Below the pieces are notes generated by a model. The model was not told the DNA's origin. It searched no databases and worked only from the letters and a program-made list of their open reading frames with translations. The position numbers were made by a program, and so were the translations under genes. Below, piece by piece: positions 1 to 14,158 of a stretch of DNA of 64,000 nt (its first letter is position 1; each line of letters opens with the position of its first letter). The DNA is from Syncephalis fuscata S228 (taxonomy: Eukaryota; Fungi; Zoopagomycota). Location: positions 124,001-188,000 of the forward strand of contig JAHLTZ010000030.1 of assembly GCA_025786725.1 (NCBI GenBank), written 5' to 3'.

Positions 1-378
1 GCACCTAGAACATGTGTGTATCAACGGGTGGGCAATGTGTGTGTGTGTGTAGGTGAATGGGTAGACAGTGTACGTCCATTATGGCTACACGAAAATATGC
101 CAACTACCTTTGATTCATTCTAGCATATAAAAAACTATATATATATGGGAGTGTCATATCGGCGTATGTAAAAGAAGCCTACTTTCATTGTTCCTCCCCT
201 TGTTTTCAATACACTGTTCTTTCTCCTGAAGTTTTAGTCGTTTAGTATTTTTTTCTGTTGCTCATTTTTTGCTTTGCGATCATTACCAACAAGTAGTTTA
301 TTATTGATGTTTATTCATAGTATTTCATCCTTGGGCGGCTTACAATACAGCCACGAATCACCGCCTGCTATATCCCAT

Positions 379-1534
379 ATGTCAATGACTCCTTCTGGCA
401 TGACCGCGACCTCAATGGTGGGTGCCACCGGCACTCGTAAGACGGGCCGTGTCAAGTTCTTTAATAGCCAGAAAGGCTTTGGCTTTGTAATTCCAGACGA
501 TAAAGGTACCTTTGGTAACGCAGAAGGTAAGTAATAGTTGCAAACAGTTGTCGTTGCTAGTAGGGTCATTTCTACTGCACGACCGCATCAGTCATTAATA
601 TTAACAAACAATCTGATACAGTGTTTGTTCACCATACGGCTATTCATAACGACGGCGGTTTCAAAAGTCTTGCTGAGGTAGGTACAGGTTATCACGGTGT
701 GATCGCAGATCATGGCTAATAAGTTCTATTTTTGGATGGTTGTACAGGGTGAAGATGTAGAATTTGATATGGTTAAAGGTCCAAAGGGCTTCCAAGCCGC
801 CAATGTGACCGGTCCATCTGGCACTTCCGTTAAAGGTGATCCTAACGCCGGTCGCAGTCATACAGGCAATCCTGGTAATGGCAATCACGGCGGTCAAATG
901 ACATCGAGTCCACAGCTCAACTTTAATGCATTTGGTGGATTGCCTATGACTGGCTATGGCATGCCAGGCCAGACAGCGGCGTTCGGCATTCCGTTCGGCC
1001 AAAGCCCACCATTTAACAATGCAGCCATGTTCCCTGGTGCATTTGGACAGGGCCAATTCCCCGGTAAGTAGCAATGGACTGATATTATGCACAATATTTT
1101 CACAATAAACTAACTCCGGTTATTGATAGTCTTTGGCGGTCTACCAACGGGTAATTTCCAGATGCAGCCAGCCGCAGCATTTGGCAGTAAGTTTGGATGA
1201 ATAACCATTTAATTCTTTAACCAAAAGTGGTAGATTCTTCACAATTCCCTACAACGCTATCGAATGGATCTGCTGCCACTTTCTCCACGGCTGGCATGCA
1301 AAATCCATCTGGATTTGTTGTACAACCTGGACAGGCAGCTCCACAAGTGTCGATGGGCCAAGATCCGCTAGCCAGTAAGTTACCATTGGCCCTCTACAGT
1401 ATCTGTAGAACATAGTTACTTATCTGTCTTTGTTACTATTTGATAATACAGGTTTATCGCAATCGGATTTTGATCTTACACCCCATTTCCAAGGTGCAGC
1501 AGATCAGCAATACCGCCGTCCATCGCAACAATAA
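379..1534 (+). CDS. Cold-shock domain (CSD) nucleic-acid-binding protein with a G/Q/P/F-rich low-complexity C-terminus, multi-exon
   Basis: Splicing introns 527-621 and 678-747 gives TGRVKFFNSQKGFGFVIP...[42 protein letters not shown], with RNP1 and RNP2 of a CSD. The 3' exons are less certain; likely stop TAA 1532-1534. Confidence 0.9.
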
Positions 1535-2634
1535 GTAAATAGCGATACGGCATTGTTGTGCAAATTACCGCTGTCTTATTTGCACACACAAACACACACA
1601 CATACACATGCTATACACGTAGGACCATAGGTATTCTATCAGTGTGCTGTTTGTAATTTTGATAGATTTCAACGGGATGCTTTTTAGCTATCTGTGCTCA
1701 TTATGAAGCAGTTGGCAAACAGTGTTTCCAGATGCTCTTTCTTGTTTCTCGCTTTCTGTTGCCACCATCACACATCCGCTATTTCTATTTCCTTCGTTTC
1801 CCTTTTTATCACTGTTATCGTTGTGTGCTACACTTGTTCTACACAGCATATCTATATTTCATCTTTCCGAATCGTGGTATATCTTATGCTTTACTCTATC
1901 TCTTTACCTATCTCTCTCTATCTCTCTATCTACCTCCCCATCTACCTCTCTCTCTCTCTCTCTACATTTGCTAATATTCCGATAGCATGCCGTTGTGGTA
2001 GTTGTCTGGACAATGGTCATTGGTGCTAGTATAAGCATTGTGACAAATGTCCATAAGTTGCCAGCATTTTACTTTCATTCCGTGTATATCACCAGCAGAC
2101 TTTATTTCGCGTCTTTGCGTAACAACTACAGCTTTGTTCGCAGTTATCTTTCGTCGTCTAATCGTCTTAGGTTTACCTTTGCATCACTTTTCGTCCATTT
2201 AGCTTTACCGATCATATGTCGTGGCCTCTATACTGATCTTCAACGATATATAATATTAATACAAGCGTGGATACTTACGTGTTTGTTTGTTGTAATGGCG
2301 GCAGTACCTAATAATGGCAGGCTGACCAGGTGCACTACTCGTTTGTGTTAACTTCAGCGATGGCATCCGTTACTCTGCTCAAGTTACTTGCCGTAATTCT
2401 AATAGCCGTTACACGATCTATTCCCTCGTTATAGATCAGATAAGGCGCTGCATTTACTTTTATTCTTCTTGCCTTCTCTATCTCTTTCCAGTACTAGCTT
2501 TGACTGTTATCGTGCAATTTTGGCAATATACACCGAGTTTACCGAATTTTAATTATATATTTCATAATGTGTATATGTGTGTATATAGAATTGGTATTAT
2601 TATTGTTATTATATAACTTTATTGTTATATAAAC

Positions 2635-4348
2635 TTATTTCACATTCACGCCAACCAATTCCATTAATGACTGTGTCAATAAATCACGATCTAGTCCACG
2701 TCCAATAAGCACCAATTTGCCTACATCTGAGGTGGCCATCACCTCTTCAGTTGTAGCAGTGGCCGCTACTACCATCGCTGGCTCGGTTGTAATTGTGCGT
2801 ACTTCATATAATTCCTGAACACCTTGTATAACATGCAACTGACTAATAGAATCTTCTCTACAATGAAAAGCACCCTTTAATCGCAATACATCAAGTGGTG
2901 GCGATGATGGTGTGTAGTTGTGCCATTATCCTTTGATGATGATGACGATGACGACGATGTAATATGCTTTTCCCATAGTATCATCTGTATCCATCGCTCC
3001 AATCGAACTGCCAACGATGAATCTGTTCTATGGGCGGTATCAGTTGTAGCTGTCCATTCAAGACATACAGTTGTTACATCCTAATACTAGTGTTTTAGTA
3101 ATACTAGTAGCAAAATGCATCAATATATTTACCTGTAAATGATTTGCAGTCGATACACTCGTATGTATATGTGGTGGATCAGGTGCTGAATCGTAGGCAC
3201 CTAGATTTAATACAAACTCTACTGGTACTCTAGATAATACATTAGTTTAGTGTTAAGCAGTTTACTTTACCATTATATAAAATACCTTGATTGTTCAGAT
3301 CGCTGCAATTGTGCTGCAGCATTGATTAAACTATTTAGAATCAAATACATTGTTAGCAGCTGAGTATAAGATAGTTGTGAGTAACATACGAGATCTGTTG
3401 TTCGATCTCCAATAGCTCTTGCTCAGTCAGCAAATCAATCTTGTTTAATAGCAACCGATCTGCCATGGCAATTTGTCTAAATATAGTGACAGTATAAATA
3501 ACAGTAATGGCAACGTGGCAGTACACTACTTACCTTACGGCTGTATTCACCGGATTGTTATCATTAACCTCGGCCAAATACTATGGCTACTATTAACAAG
3601 CCGAAAACCAGCATCATTCTGCATGACTTGCCTGTCTAATATGCTTAGCATCAACAAGTGTTACAATGCCATCTAGATAGACTTCACTGCAAAGCGCATC
3701 ATCAAGCCAAACATTGAGGCAATAGGTCCTAGCATCAAGTTATACAAACCACTGCTAACTAATTTATATCTATAACTTACCAGGATCGGCAAGACCTATA
3801 TGATTCATTCATTTATTAGTGCATAATGAATGGATCGATAAACATCGACATTACCTGTGGTTTCCAGTAAAATGTAGTCAAATTTACCACGCTTCTTCAT
3901 TAAATTCTCAATAGCCTGCACACCAATATCTCTATGCAATTAAATAACGTTTATTTAAATACAGTATTTAGATATAGGTAAATAGACCACTTACTTTACA
4001 TTGCAACATAAACAGCCATTGCGCAATTCCAGCCACTCTTCGTATAGCTGACCATCTTGTCCCGCAACTTGTAAAGACTTTTCAATAGCACTACCTAGCA
4101 TGCCTGAGTTTAGCGTACTTTTCAACCATGGATTCGCGTCTTACTGTCACCAAATTCGTTTAAGATAACGGCAATACGTTTGCCATGTTGTGCAGTAAGT
4201 ATATAGTTAAGTAAGGTGTTTTGCCTGCTCCAAGAAATCCAGTCACTATGGTAATTGGAATCTTGGCCACCGTTTCCTCTGTCTCCAAAGGATTACGGTC
4301 TTCGAAAGACAAGTCAATAAGGTCTGGGCAATCTTGATCTATTTCCAT
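2635..4348 (-). CDS. ZNG1: CobW/COG0523 family zinc-chaperone GTPase (ZNG1/CBWD-like), multi-exon
   Basis: [15 protein letters not shown] Walker [23 protein letters not shown] (CxCC motif, ~4000-4040), [14 protein letters not shown], and C-terminal LRLKG...IQGVQELY...[10 protein letters not shown]. Two apparent 1-nt deletions (~4217, ~2915). Confidence 0.88.
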
Positions 4349-4532
4349 AGTGGTAGAAATGAAAAGTATGAATGACGTACACTACTAATAATTACTATTG
4401 CTTTACTACCAAGATATTGACTATTCAAGTCGTATTAGTAACACAGTAATTAATCATTAGAATTATTTAGTCTATAGTCATTTGATAATTATTGTTGTAT
4501 TTTATTACATCGTATAAACTAGTATGTTATAG

Positions 4533-5453
4533 CTAAATAACACGCTCATTAGCAATGAATTGTTCAAGTACTCTAATAGCTGGACGTATTTTAACACCTT
4601 CAATATGTTTTTTTGCAATATCTACAGCATGGCCTAGACTAGTAGCACTATCTGCCATAACTTGACCAGCTAGCATAGTTATTGTTATTAACTGCTAATA
4701 TGCTAATATGTCTCATACCATTCATTACTATGTCTGAATTTGCAACTGCCATAACTGCATGGACTGCTTGGCCAACTTCGTATGAAGCTAATTGAATTTG
4801 GTCTATTAAGTTTAGTTAAAGTTAACAAATATTATTAGACTTAATACCTTCACAATCCAGTTGAGAACGAGTACAGTTTACCAACTCGATTATTAAAGCG
4901 GTCACTTGCTCTGTATCGTGAATTATGTGCAACTGAAGATCACTTGCCTCCATTAAAAGCCTATCATTGCTAAGCATATGATTTTATCAGTAGATATGTA
5001 ATTACCATAGCTGAAATTTGGAAAAATCATTAATACAAACGGGATACCGCTGAATAATAATGAGATGCACATGTAAATATTGCTCCAATGCCATCTGATG
5101 TCTAAATACCATAGTAAGTCCATCTATTTTCTATTGGTTACTATTTTATACCGATGCTTCTCGGTCATTATTGTATCTATAGAAGATGCAAGTCCAACAA
5201 AGAACACTAGCGACACTTCAGAAAATGTAATATCCTACTACAAGCTATTAAATATTGACGTGTAATGACTGTATGCTTACTCCAGGATGTGTAGATGTTG
5301 GATATATATCTATGAGGGATATATCCATTTAACTTGGCTCCTTTATCAATATTAAAGCATACTTACTCGAGAGACTATATCCATAAATACTTAAATCGCC
5401 TACTAGTCCCAGTAAGAATGGTGACAATTTCCGATTGACTAACACGGTATTCA
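4533..5453 (-). CDS. Small multi-exon hypothetical protein (not in the ORF track)
   Basis: A series of GT..AG-bounded segments. The 3' exons read open: LLMEASDLQLHIIHDTEQVTALIIELVNCTRSQLDCE / DQIQLASYEVGQAVHAVMAVANSDIVMN / AGQVMADSATSLGHAVDIAKKHIEGVKIRPAIRVLEQFIANERVI*. The 5' exons and start are uncertain. Confidence 0.5.
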
Positions 5454-5565
5454 TTATAAAGTAGACCAGTTTAATAAAAATAGAATAATACAAATGTAAA
5501 TCATTAATTGTTTTTTTACTTCATTTTTTTGTTTTTTTTTGTCATTACAATTGCTACATTGCCAT

Positions 5566-7364
5566 ATGAAATTCTTTACTGGTGACGAAATCGGCCTGTT
5601 ACGGTGTAAATAGAAGGCGTCTATGCTTGTTTCCTTTAACTAACCGTCTGAATCACTATTGATAGCAATCAACGTGCGTCTTGGTGCTCCAGCGACTCCG
5701 GCTAACGAGAGTGATCATGACGACGAAGCAGACTCGGCGCAACAAAAGAAACGCCCACGTAAGCCAGACCTAGAGGTGAATCAGTGGGGCAAGGCCGATA
5801 GAAACGGTGCCTTTCAGCAATTAAGTTGGGCGTCGAATCTAAAGGTCGATTGGTCGTCAGAAGATAAATTGGTATGCAACTACAAAAAACCCATTGTATA
5901 ATAGCTGTACTAACTAGAACTATAGCTTTTACTGGCCCGAAAGAATGGCAAAATAGAGTATCATTCATCAGAGACTGGAGAAATAGTTAAGGAGTACCAA
6001 GAGGATAATATAGTACAACAGGCCGGCAAGGATCGCTTTGTTGGATGCTGGAGTGGTGACAAGTAAGTTGTATTTATATAAACATAATGGGATACTGATA
6101 TGGAATGTACAGTCGATTGGTCACTTGTACAGAAAATGGCTGTGTACAATATCGCAAATTAGATGCTAATAGCAATGATAATGACTCGGTAAATAACCAT
6201 AATAGTTATATATACATATACATATATATATATTATTTATTATTAACACTTGCAATATGTAGTTGGTACGTGCATTGGTACCAGGTTCAGTGGCTGTTAT
6301 GCGAGTTCATCCTAAACAGCACCATCTATTTGCTACTGGTGGCAAAGATCAAAACTTGACCATTTGGGATATTAACCAATTGGACAATGGGCGTCCAAAG
6401 GCAGAACAGAAAGCCAAGAATGTAAATACAATTAAATAATGATACGTAAATATAATCTAATGATCATCAAGTTACCAAATGACTTTTTAGATCTAAAACG
6501 GCCCATATGGATCACTGATATGGCATTTACCAGTCCTGATGATCCATCATGTGTAGCATTAACCACGGCTAATCATGAGGTACAGTTCTATGGTGGTATT
6601 AATAAGTAGTTTTTTAACTGTTTAAAATATAGGTTCAAATATATGATTTCCGTCAAAAACGTCGTCCAGTCATTAATAATGTCATTGGAAAGCACGCATT
6701 GAATGTAATGACTTTATCTCCTAATCACAAGTAAGCAAATCATTCCAGTTTTATATCCTACATATTTATATGTATATTTTGTAATTAATTGTCAGTGAGT
6801 TATATTGCGCGGATAATTATAGCAATGTCCATTGTGTTGATATACGCACGGGTAAGTCGTAACACTGATAACAATGAATAACAAAGCTAATTTAATTTAA
6901 TTTAGGCAAATTACGTTGCTCTTTTAAAGGTATTATTGATTGGCCAGTAACTTGGTATTATTTATCTAATTGATATGTATGTATATAGGATTTTCAGGCG
7001 CTGTCACATCTATGGCATGTACCGACAAGCACTTGGTAACTGTAGCACTGGATCGTCATCTTCGTATTCATGAAACTAAAGGAGCACGAAAGCTATTGAA
7101 GAAAGTATATCTTAAACAACGACTAAGCCATGTAGTAGTCGATGATAACGGTAATTATTGAGTTAAACAAAGTGCTTATTGACTATATTAATCATAACTA
7201 TTCTATAGGAGAGGATGAGACAGAGGAGCATGATGAAGATGACGAAATCTGGGCATCTATGGAAACCACAAAGAAAGCGAGTAAGTATCAATATTAATGA
7301 TACCAATATTAGTTAATTAATTAATTAATGAACTATAATTGTAGAAAAACGCACCAAAAACTAA
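5566..7364 (+). CDS. NSA1: WD40 ribosome biogenesis protein NSA1/WDR74, multi-exon
   Basis: N-terminus MKFFTGDEIGLLR; LPNDFLDLKRPIWITDMAF; YDFRQKRRPV; GFSGAVTSM...TVALDRHLRIHET...KVYLKQRL; acidic tail DDEIWASME. Confidence 0.85.
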
Positions 7365-7551
7365 TAACAACATTTTAATATTAATAATAAACGATAATAA
7401 TAAATGAACTACAATGACGTATTTATTTAATTACAAATCAATATGATTTCTTCGTATTATTGTTCCGGTATTGCCCGAACCTTATGGACTAATAAATATG
7501 TGCTGTAACCTTTGAACCATGTAATATTGGCTAATTAGCACATATTATAAC

Positions 7552-9618
7552 ATGAATCTACTATTGAAGCAAACGATTGTTCGGTCCATTCCATACTGTC
7601 GACCACTGTCAACGCAGGGTAGCGGTAAAGGCAAGCTAGCCAGGCTATTGGTGTAGTTATTTTACCTAATCATATAGTTACAGAACGACTCGTTATTTTA
7701 GGCTCAGGCTGGGCCGGTAAGCCATACTACTTAGTGAACACCGCTCTACTAATACGCATAGGAATGCAATACAGGCTTTCGTATGTTACGATCCATCAAT
7801 CGAAAGCTCTATGACGTTGTACTCGTATCGCCACGAAATCATTTCGGTAGGGTGTATATATAGCACACGTAAAAGTATGATTAAACATATTGTATACATC
7901 AGTATTTACACCGTTACTGGCCAGTTCTGCCGTGGGTACACTCGAGTTCCGATGTGTGGCTGAACCTATACGCGCCTTTAGCCATAACGTTACCTACTAC
8001 GAGGCCCGTTGTAAAGATATAGGCAGGTGTGCATAGTAGTGATAGCCGGCAAAGTAATACTAACGGGGAATTTGTCATAGATTTTACTAATCGCAAATTA
8101 CACTGTACAAATAGTGTACCAAATACAAATGATGCACAGAATAACTTTACGGTTGACTTTGATCGTCTGGTCATCGCCGTTGGTGCTCAGTCAAATACGT
8201 TTAATATACCGGGTGTACAGGAACATGCACTTGCTCTACGCGATGTACATGATGCCCGACAAGTACGCCGTCGTATTATCGATTGTAAGTTTATTATCGT
8301 TTGCTAGTGAGTGGTTGTACTGCATATTGACCGATAATGTAGGTTTTGAGAAGGCAGCTCAGCCAAACGTATCGGATGAAGAACAGCGTCAACTGCTACA
8401 CTTTGCCGGTACGTTTTCAAACCACCATCTATATCCAATAGATGTATTAATAAAGACGATACAGTGGTGGGTGGCGGGCCGACTGGTATTGAATTGTCGG
8501 CCGAGTTGACCGATTTAGTGAGAGAAGATTTAACGCGCAGCTATCCTCATTTAAGTGCCAAGTGGCGATTGTCTATTTATGATGTGGCACCACGTATTCT
8601 GGGTGGATTCGACGCCAGTCTAAGTGATTATACAGTGCGTAAATTCTCTCGTCAAGGCATTGAAATACGTACTGGTAAGTAGTGGTGCAATAAGAATATA
8701 TAGAATGCAATCTAATAAAGAATACGCTTATATCTATAGGCTCGATTGTAGAAAGGGTTAAAGAAAATGCATTGGTAATTAAAGATGTCGGTGAAGGTAG
8801 GCCTTATTCAATAATACTTAGTAAGTTGTAACTTATGTGTATACAGTGCCATTTGGTATGCTTGTTTGGTCAACGGGTCTATCGCCCAATCCATTAATTG
8901 ATTTAATGGATAAGAATTTGGCACGAGATCGTGGTGGTCGTCTAATTACCGATAATCGTATGTCGGTCATTGATAAAGCAACTGGTAAACCTATGGAGCA
9001 AGTGTAAGTAGTAGCTTATTCAATAATATATATACAATATATACAATATGTACATGCACTAAATAAACAATCTAGCTATGCTATTGGCGACTGTGCCACT
9101 ATTCAGGATAGTCCATTACCGGCCACTGCTCAAGTAGCCAACCAGGAAGCAGGCTATTTAAGCCGAGGTAATTAAACAAATCTATTAATTAATCAGCATT
9201 AACATTAGTATGAATATTTAATCACTAGCATTAAATAAATTGGCTCGTAAAAGACAAACTAATCCTGAAATCAAAGTGGCTCAAAAAACATTCACTTTCC
9301 ACAATCTTGGCATGATGGCGTATATTGGTGGTAATAAAGGTAAATATATTTAATACAAATAGCAATCTATTAACTATTCATATAATGAATATTAGCCATT
9401 GCTGAATATAAAACACCAACTGATGTACGCCAATCTGGATTACTGGCCTGGATCATGTGGCGTTCAGCCTATCTTACTTATAGTGTATCGTGGCGCAATA
9501 AATTCCTTATTCCAATGCATTGGTAAGTATCCAGCCACTAATTGATACAGTATACACTAACCAGCCCATTAATAGGATTGCCAAAACATTATTTGGTAGA
9601 GATCTTAGTCGATTCTAG
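7552..9618 (+). CDS. Type II (alternative, NDE/NDI-like) NADH:ubiquinone oxidoreductase, multi-exon
   Basis: [93 protein letters not shown], and C-terminal FGRDLSRF*. Confidence 0.92.
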
Positions 9619-11161
9619 TATAGAAAAGCAATAAATTAAATGTCTAGTTTATGATGAATAATTGATACCGGTATTCTTGTCACTATAAACGATGGTTGTT
9701 TGAATGGTTGTACCACGCGTGCGCCACATGTCACCTTGGCCGTTTAAGTTTCGCTGGAATGTGTAACACACCACTTTTCTAAATCTTCATCTACATTCCC
9801 TTTATTTACACATTTCATAACACTTTACTATTGTTGACTATTGACTATTACGAGAGAAAGAAACAAGAAACAAGACAGTAAAGAGAAGAGAAACGAACTG
9901 TCGAACGAACAAATACACCACCAACCTACAAAAACGGATAAATAAACTTGCTAATAAAGCAATAAATAAGTAAGTAAATAGTGACAATTTATTAGTATTG
10001 GTGCCAGTGTTATTGGTATTACTAGTAGTATTACTAGAATTGTTATTGTCGTATAAATTGCTATACAGATAGATGTATATATATATATATATACGTATTC
10101 ATAATTGTAATATTGATCGCAATAGTTGCAGTGTAATATTTACTCCATGTTTCATGACGCTTTCTATTGAAACACAGCTATTGTTCCGCATTTACAATAG
10201 AGGATAGTGAAGGAAGATATACTGCTTATTGCAACATATACATGGTCTATTGATGATGACTTTGGAGATAGCCATGTTGTGTTGCACGCTATTATGATAC
10301 ATGCGACTAGCTCCTTTTTTTACCTTTAATACCGTGCGTGTGTATCGTTTGCTTACACTTATCGATGTGTATTCATCTATCTATATGCATAAATACATAT
10401 GTATGTGTATGGGTGTGTGGGTGTATGAGTGCGTGCACTTGTGTATGTAGAAACGCATGTGCTAGCATCTTTGTATCATTATTGCTGAAATACCTTTTAA
10501 TGGGCTCTTCAAACTGATACACTACAAGCTGCTCTATACCAGTAACAATACCAAGTACTGTTCCCCTCAAGCCTTACGTTTCTGTGCCTCGTTCCACTGC
10601 GTTCTTTTCTTTCTATCTTGTACTCCTGAGTCTTTAGCCTCATTTGCGTGTTAATACGCTTGCGAATGTTCTAACTGCCCGGTTCTACAAAAGCTATATT
10701 AGTCGCGTGTGCACTGTTCAAGTCGTGGTGTGTTAGAGGCGAATTGACACTTTTGGCTCCGCTTTCCTTTTTACTTGAACTGCGATAACAACACAGCACA
10801 CTTGTCATCTTATAAGCTTCTATCTTTTTCTACTTTTTTAGCCTACACGCTTGCTAGTTAGTTATTGTGTATTTGGCGGTTTACAGGCACAGAATACGTA
10901 CGCATCTACATACATATGACTATTACCTTATTTGTGTTTGCAGCATCGATCGTATTATTGTTTAATAGTTGCTAACTCAGTTGTTTGTTAGTTGTGGCGT
11001 TGAATAGGCTATATCGTTAAAACAGTACCTATTGCTATACATACATATATATATATATTAAATAGTATATTGTCTCAACACCTTTAGCTTATTGGCTTCA
11101 ATTCCTACGTACTTTGTCGATCTGTCAAGTTTATTCAATTAAATTACGCTTTGTTAACTTA

Positions 11162-12163
11162 ATGAAGATGTCGCAAGAAGACCATCAAACTGGACAAGTT
11201 GCCGCGGACGACATCCGTTCTAGATCACATAGCGATCTTCGTAAGGCATCTGAAGCGGCTGGTTTAGCTGCGACAGCAGCACGTTCATCCGTAGAAAAAT
11301 CACCGCCAGCAGCGGCTAATCATTTATCAGGCACGACAACAACTGAAATTGCCCCTGAAGGCAGTGTCATATCAGCAACTACCACGAATTCGCCGAATAG
11401 CCACACACCCAAAGATGTTACCATTACAGATATTCGTGATCAAGGACTTCGTGTGCTATTGCGATCACGGCTTCCATTGTGCTACTTTTTACGCTTTCTA
11501 CTCGAGGAGCATAGCTGCGAGAACTTGATCTGCTATCTGGAGATTGAACACTACGAATCGCAACAATACGACACGACGTTTGAGCAGCAAACGGCCGCAC
11601 TACAAATACTCGATGTTTATTTATCGCCGCGTAGTCCATTTGAAGTCAATGTAACTGAACGGGCTCATGCGCAATGCCAAGCGGCTATTGCGTCAGAAGA
11701 TGCCGAGAAGATTGCCACGTGTTTCGTTAATGTGAAGCCAGCGGTATTCCAACTGCTGCTTGATGCATATATGCGATTTGCCCGCAGTGAATGGTGGCGT
11801 AGTATGGTCGGCCAACTCGACGGCAAGCATTTCTACTCGATTGAAGATCGTAACGCGACCGTGGGCCATTTAATCGGCTATTTGGATCGATTGCACAAGC
11901 ACGACCTTGTACATGCACCAGATCGAGCGGCATTGTTCCGCGAACTTATTGCGGACTTTTGTCGCACAGTGGTTGGCGTTGAAATTATTATTACTTCATC
12001 TCCGCCTGTTTCTAATAGAACACGACTGAATGGACAAGGCCCGGGTATTCCCTCGGGCTATCCCTCGAATGAAGCACTTGATGCTGCTGCTCAAGCAGCG
12101 ATGCGCAAGGCGAAGAGCAATCCATTGATCAAACTGAAGAATAACTTCCGCAAATGGGGATAA
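11162..12163 (+). CDS. RGS (regulator of G-protein signalling) domain protein, paralogue 1
   Basis: Intronless ORF; FLRFLLEEHSCENLICYLEIEHY...ILDVYLSPRSPFEVNV...LLLDAYMRF is the RGS fold signature. Confidence 0.85.
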   Translation: MKMSQEDHQTGQVAADDIRSRSHSDLRKASEAAGLAATAARSSVEKSPPAAANHLSGTTTTEIAPEGSVISATTTNSPNSHTPKDVTITDIRDQGLRVLLRSRLPLCYFLRFLLEEHSCENLICYLEIEHYESQQYDTTFEQQTAALQILDVYLSPRSPFEVNVTERAHAQCQAAIASEDAEKIATCFVNVKPAVFQLLLDAYMRFARSEWWRSMVGQLDGKHFYSIEDRNATVGHLIGYLDRLHKHDLVHAPDRAALFRELIADFCRTVVGVEIIITSSPPVSNRTRLNGQGPGIPSGYPSNEALDAAAQAAMRKAKSNPLIKLKNNFRKWG

Positions 12164-12654
12164 TCACCATGGATACTCGCTCCAATTCATTTACTTAGAC
12201 GCGGGACCTTTAAATTGAATGTACATTCTTTTACATTCCATTTATTTCAATTCAATTCAACGCTATTACTATATTCTTTATTTTTATTTTTACTATTAGG
12301 CAATGCGTTGCTCTCACTCACTCACTATATAAATCTGTGTATACAACACTAATGAACACGTCTATCTTCGATGATATGGGTCATGACAAGTGTATACCTT
12401 TTTAGAACAGTCATTCTCTTCTCTTTTACTATCCAATGTATTGTGTATGACTATGACTTGCCATGATAAACAAGTTAAATACAGTAAAGTGATTCATGTT
12501 ACGCATTTTATTTCACTGTTTATTAATATAATTAGATGTCTATTAATACAATAATAACAATAATATACATGTTATATTTGCTATTAAGTATTAATTAAAT
12601 AAAGATAACTTTTCCTTGTTGCAACAATTAGATTTATTATCCACTTGGTATAAT

Positions 12655-13200
12655 TTAATGGTCAAATGACTATATCTACTAGTATTTTCACAGCTGAACT
12701 AGATATTCAATCTATTGAACATGATGGTGGGTAGTGAGTGACATCAGGGACTAAATAGTCATCATGATAGATTTATTATCCAGTATGCATATATCACTTC
12801 CATTCTATTACATACCACTATATATTATTCTATGATATACTAAACACATTCTATTTATAAATTTCAACTCATTATAAATCAATGAGTCAAATTCTATAAT
12901 TAATAAAGCTTGAGCTAGCAAATAGCAACCTTGAATAAAGTATGATCACACACAATGAATCAGTATAAAAAGACAAGTATACAATAGGGAAGCATAAATA
13001 ATGGCAATGAGATTATAGTGCATATAACGCAATAGGCTAACTGAATGAAGTGTACTGAAAACTACAATGAATAGAATGTATTCAGTATATGATAAAATGA
13101 TATAAATAAATAGAGGATATATTTATACTAAATAATAAATGTATGATAATAAGCATTTGGATCGCTGGTGTCACTCACCATTCAGCTCCATGTTCATTAG
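12655..13200. mobile_element. Degenerate non-autonomous TIR (MITE/foldback-like) element, family C
   Basis: Begins TGGTCAAATGACT...TCTATTGAACATGATGGTGGGTAGTGAGTGACATC. The imperfect reverse complement GTCACTCACC...CATGTTCA lies at ~13170-13198. Similar to 47424-48445 and 54791-55705. Confidence 0.55.
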
Positions 13201-13940
13201 CACGAATATATAATTTAACTGTAAAGATATTTAACAAATCGCACTGAATTGTTAATAGATTATTTAACATTGGTGTAACAGCCATAACACAAATAAGCCA
13301 ACTAAATAAATTACTGGTATCATTACTAAAGTGACTAATGTGAGTGTGGCTATACCGAATACAATCCAGGTAAATGAATGACATACCAAACTACTGAAGA
13401 TTCCATTAGTATTGCTTTTATATAAAGTTACTATTTAAATATGCTAGATGTTAGAGTAGCTATAAGAAAGTGGCTGTATTTGATATTATTTATAAACAAG
13501 GTAGGCATGGCACCATGATGGAAATCAACATTACAATATAAATATCATACTAAACAGTTGACATCCATATATACACACATCCAATGATACACGAAAGCAA
13601 CAGCAATGATCATGTTTGTTAGCGGATATAAAAACAGCAACCACTGCTTGTTATAGTTGCAGACCTGTCGATAACATTCAACTGGCATGGATGGCGATCA
13701 GTGTCAATATACGTCAGCAATATGCACATATTGGATGCAGTACTAGCAAACATGCAGTTGAGCAATGTACAACAACGTGAAATATATGTTAGTGCGCACA
13801 CAATACCAACGATTAATACGATTGTTATAATCACAAAATAATAGTAGTGCCATTGCAATTGATTGTGATCAAAATGCGTGCCAATAGCCATTATATATTA
13901 AATAGTATCAATACTCTAATGCTATTCATATGCTACTAAT
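13022..13940 (-). repeat. Repeat family A copy, inverted relative to ~17899-18820
   Basis: Near-identical reverse complement; the same spurious ORFs MAIGTHFDHNQ.. and MSFIYLDCIRY.. recur at 17948 and 18456. Confidence 0.9.
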
Positions 13941-14158
13941 GATAAGTAATAAACCGATCATGGTATCAGTAATGTTAGTTTAGACAAAATAAACAAACAG
14001 TAATTAATTAATACACATTTGTTTTTCAATAAGCAAGTGTGTCAAATATTTAATAACAGGCAGATTTATAACAAACTAATTCATCATCCATACAATGTAT
14101 CAAAGGGCAAAGTTAATCGGTTCATGTCCCTTGGATCCATAGCAAAAGACATTTCTTA

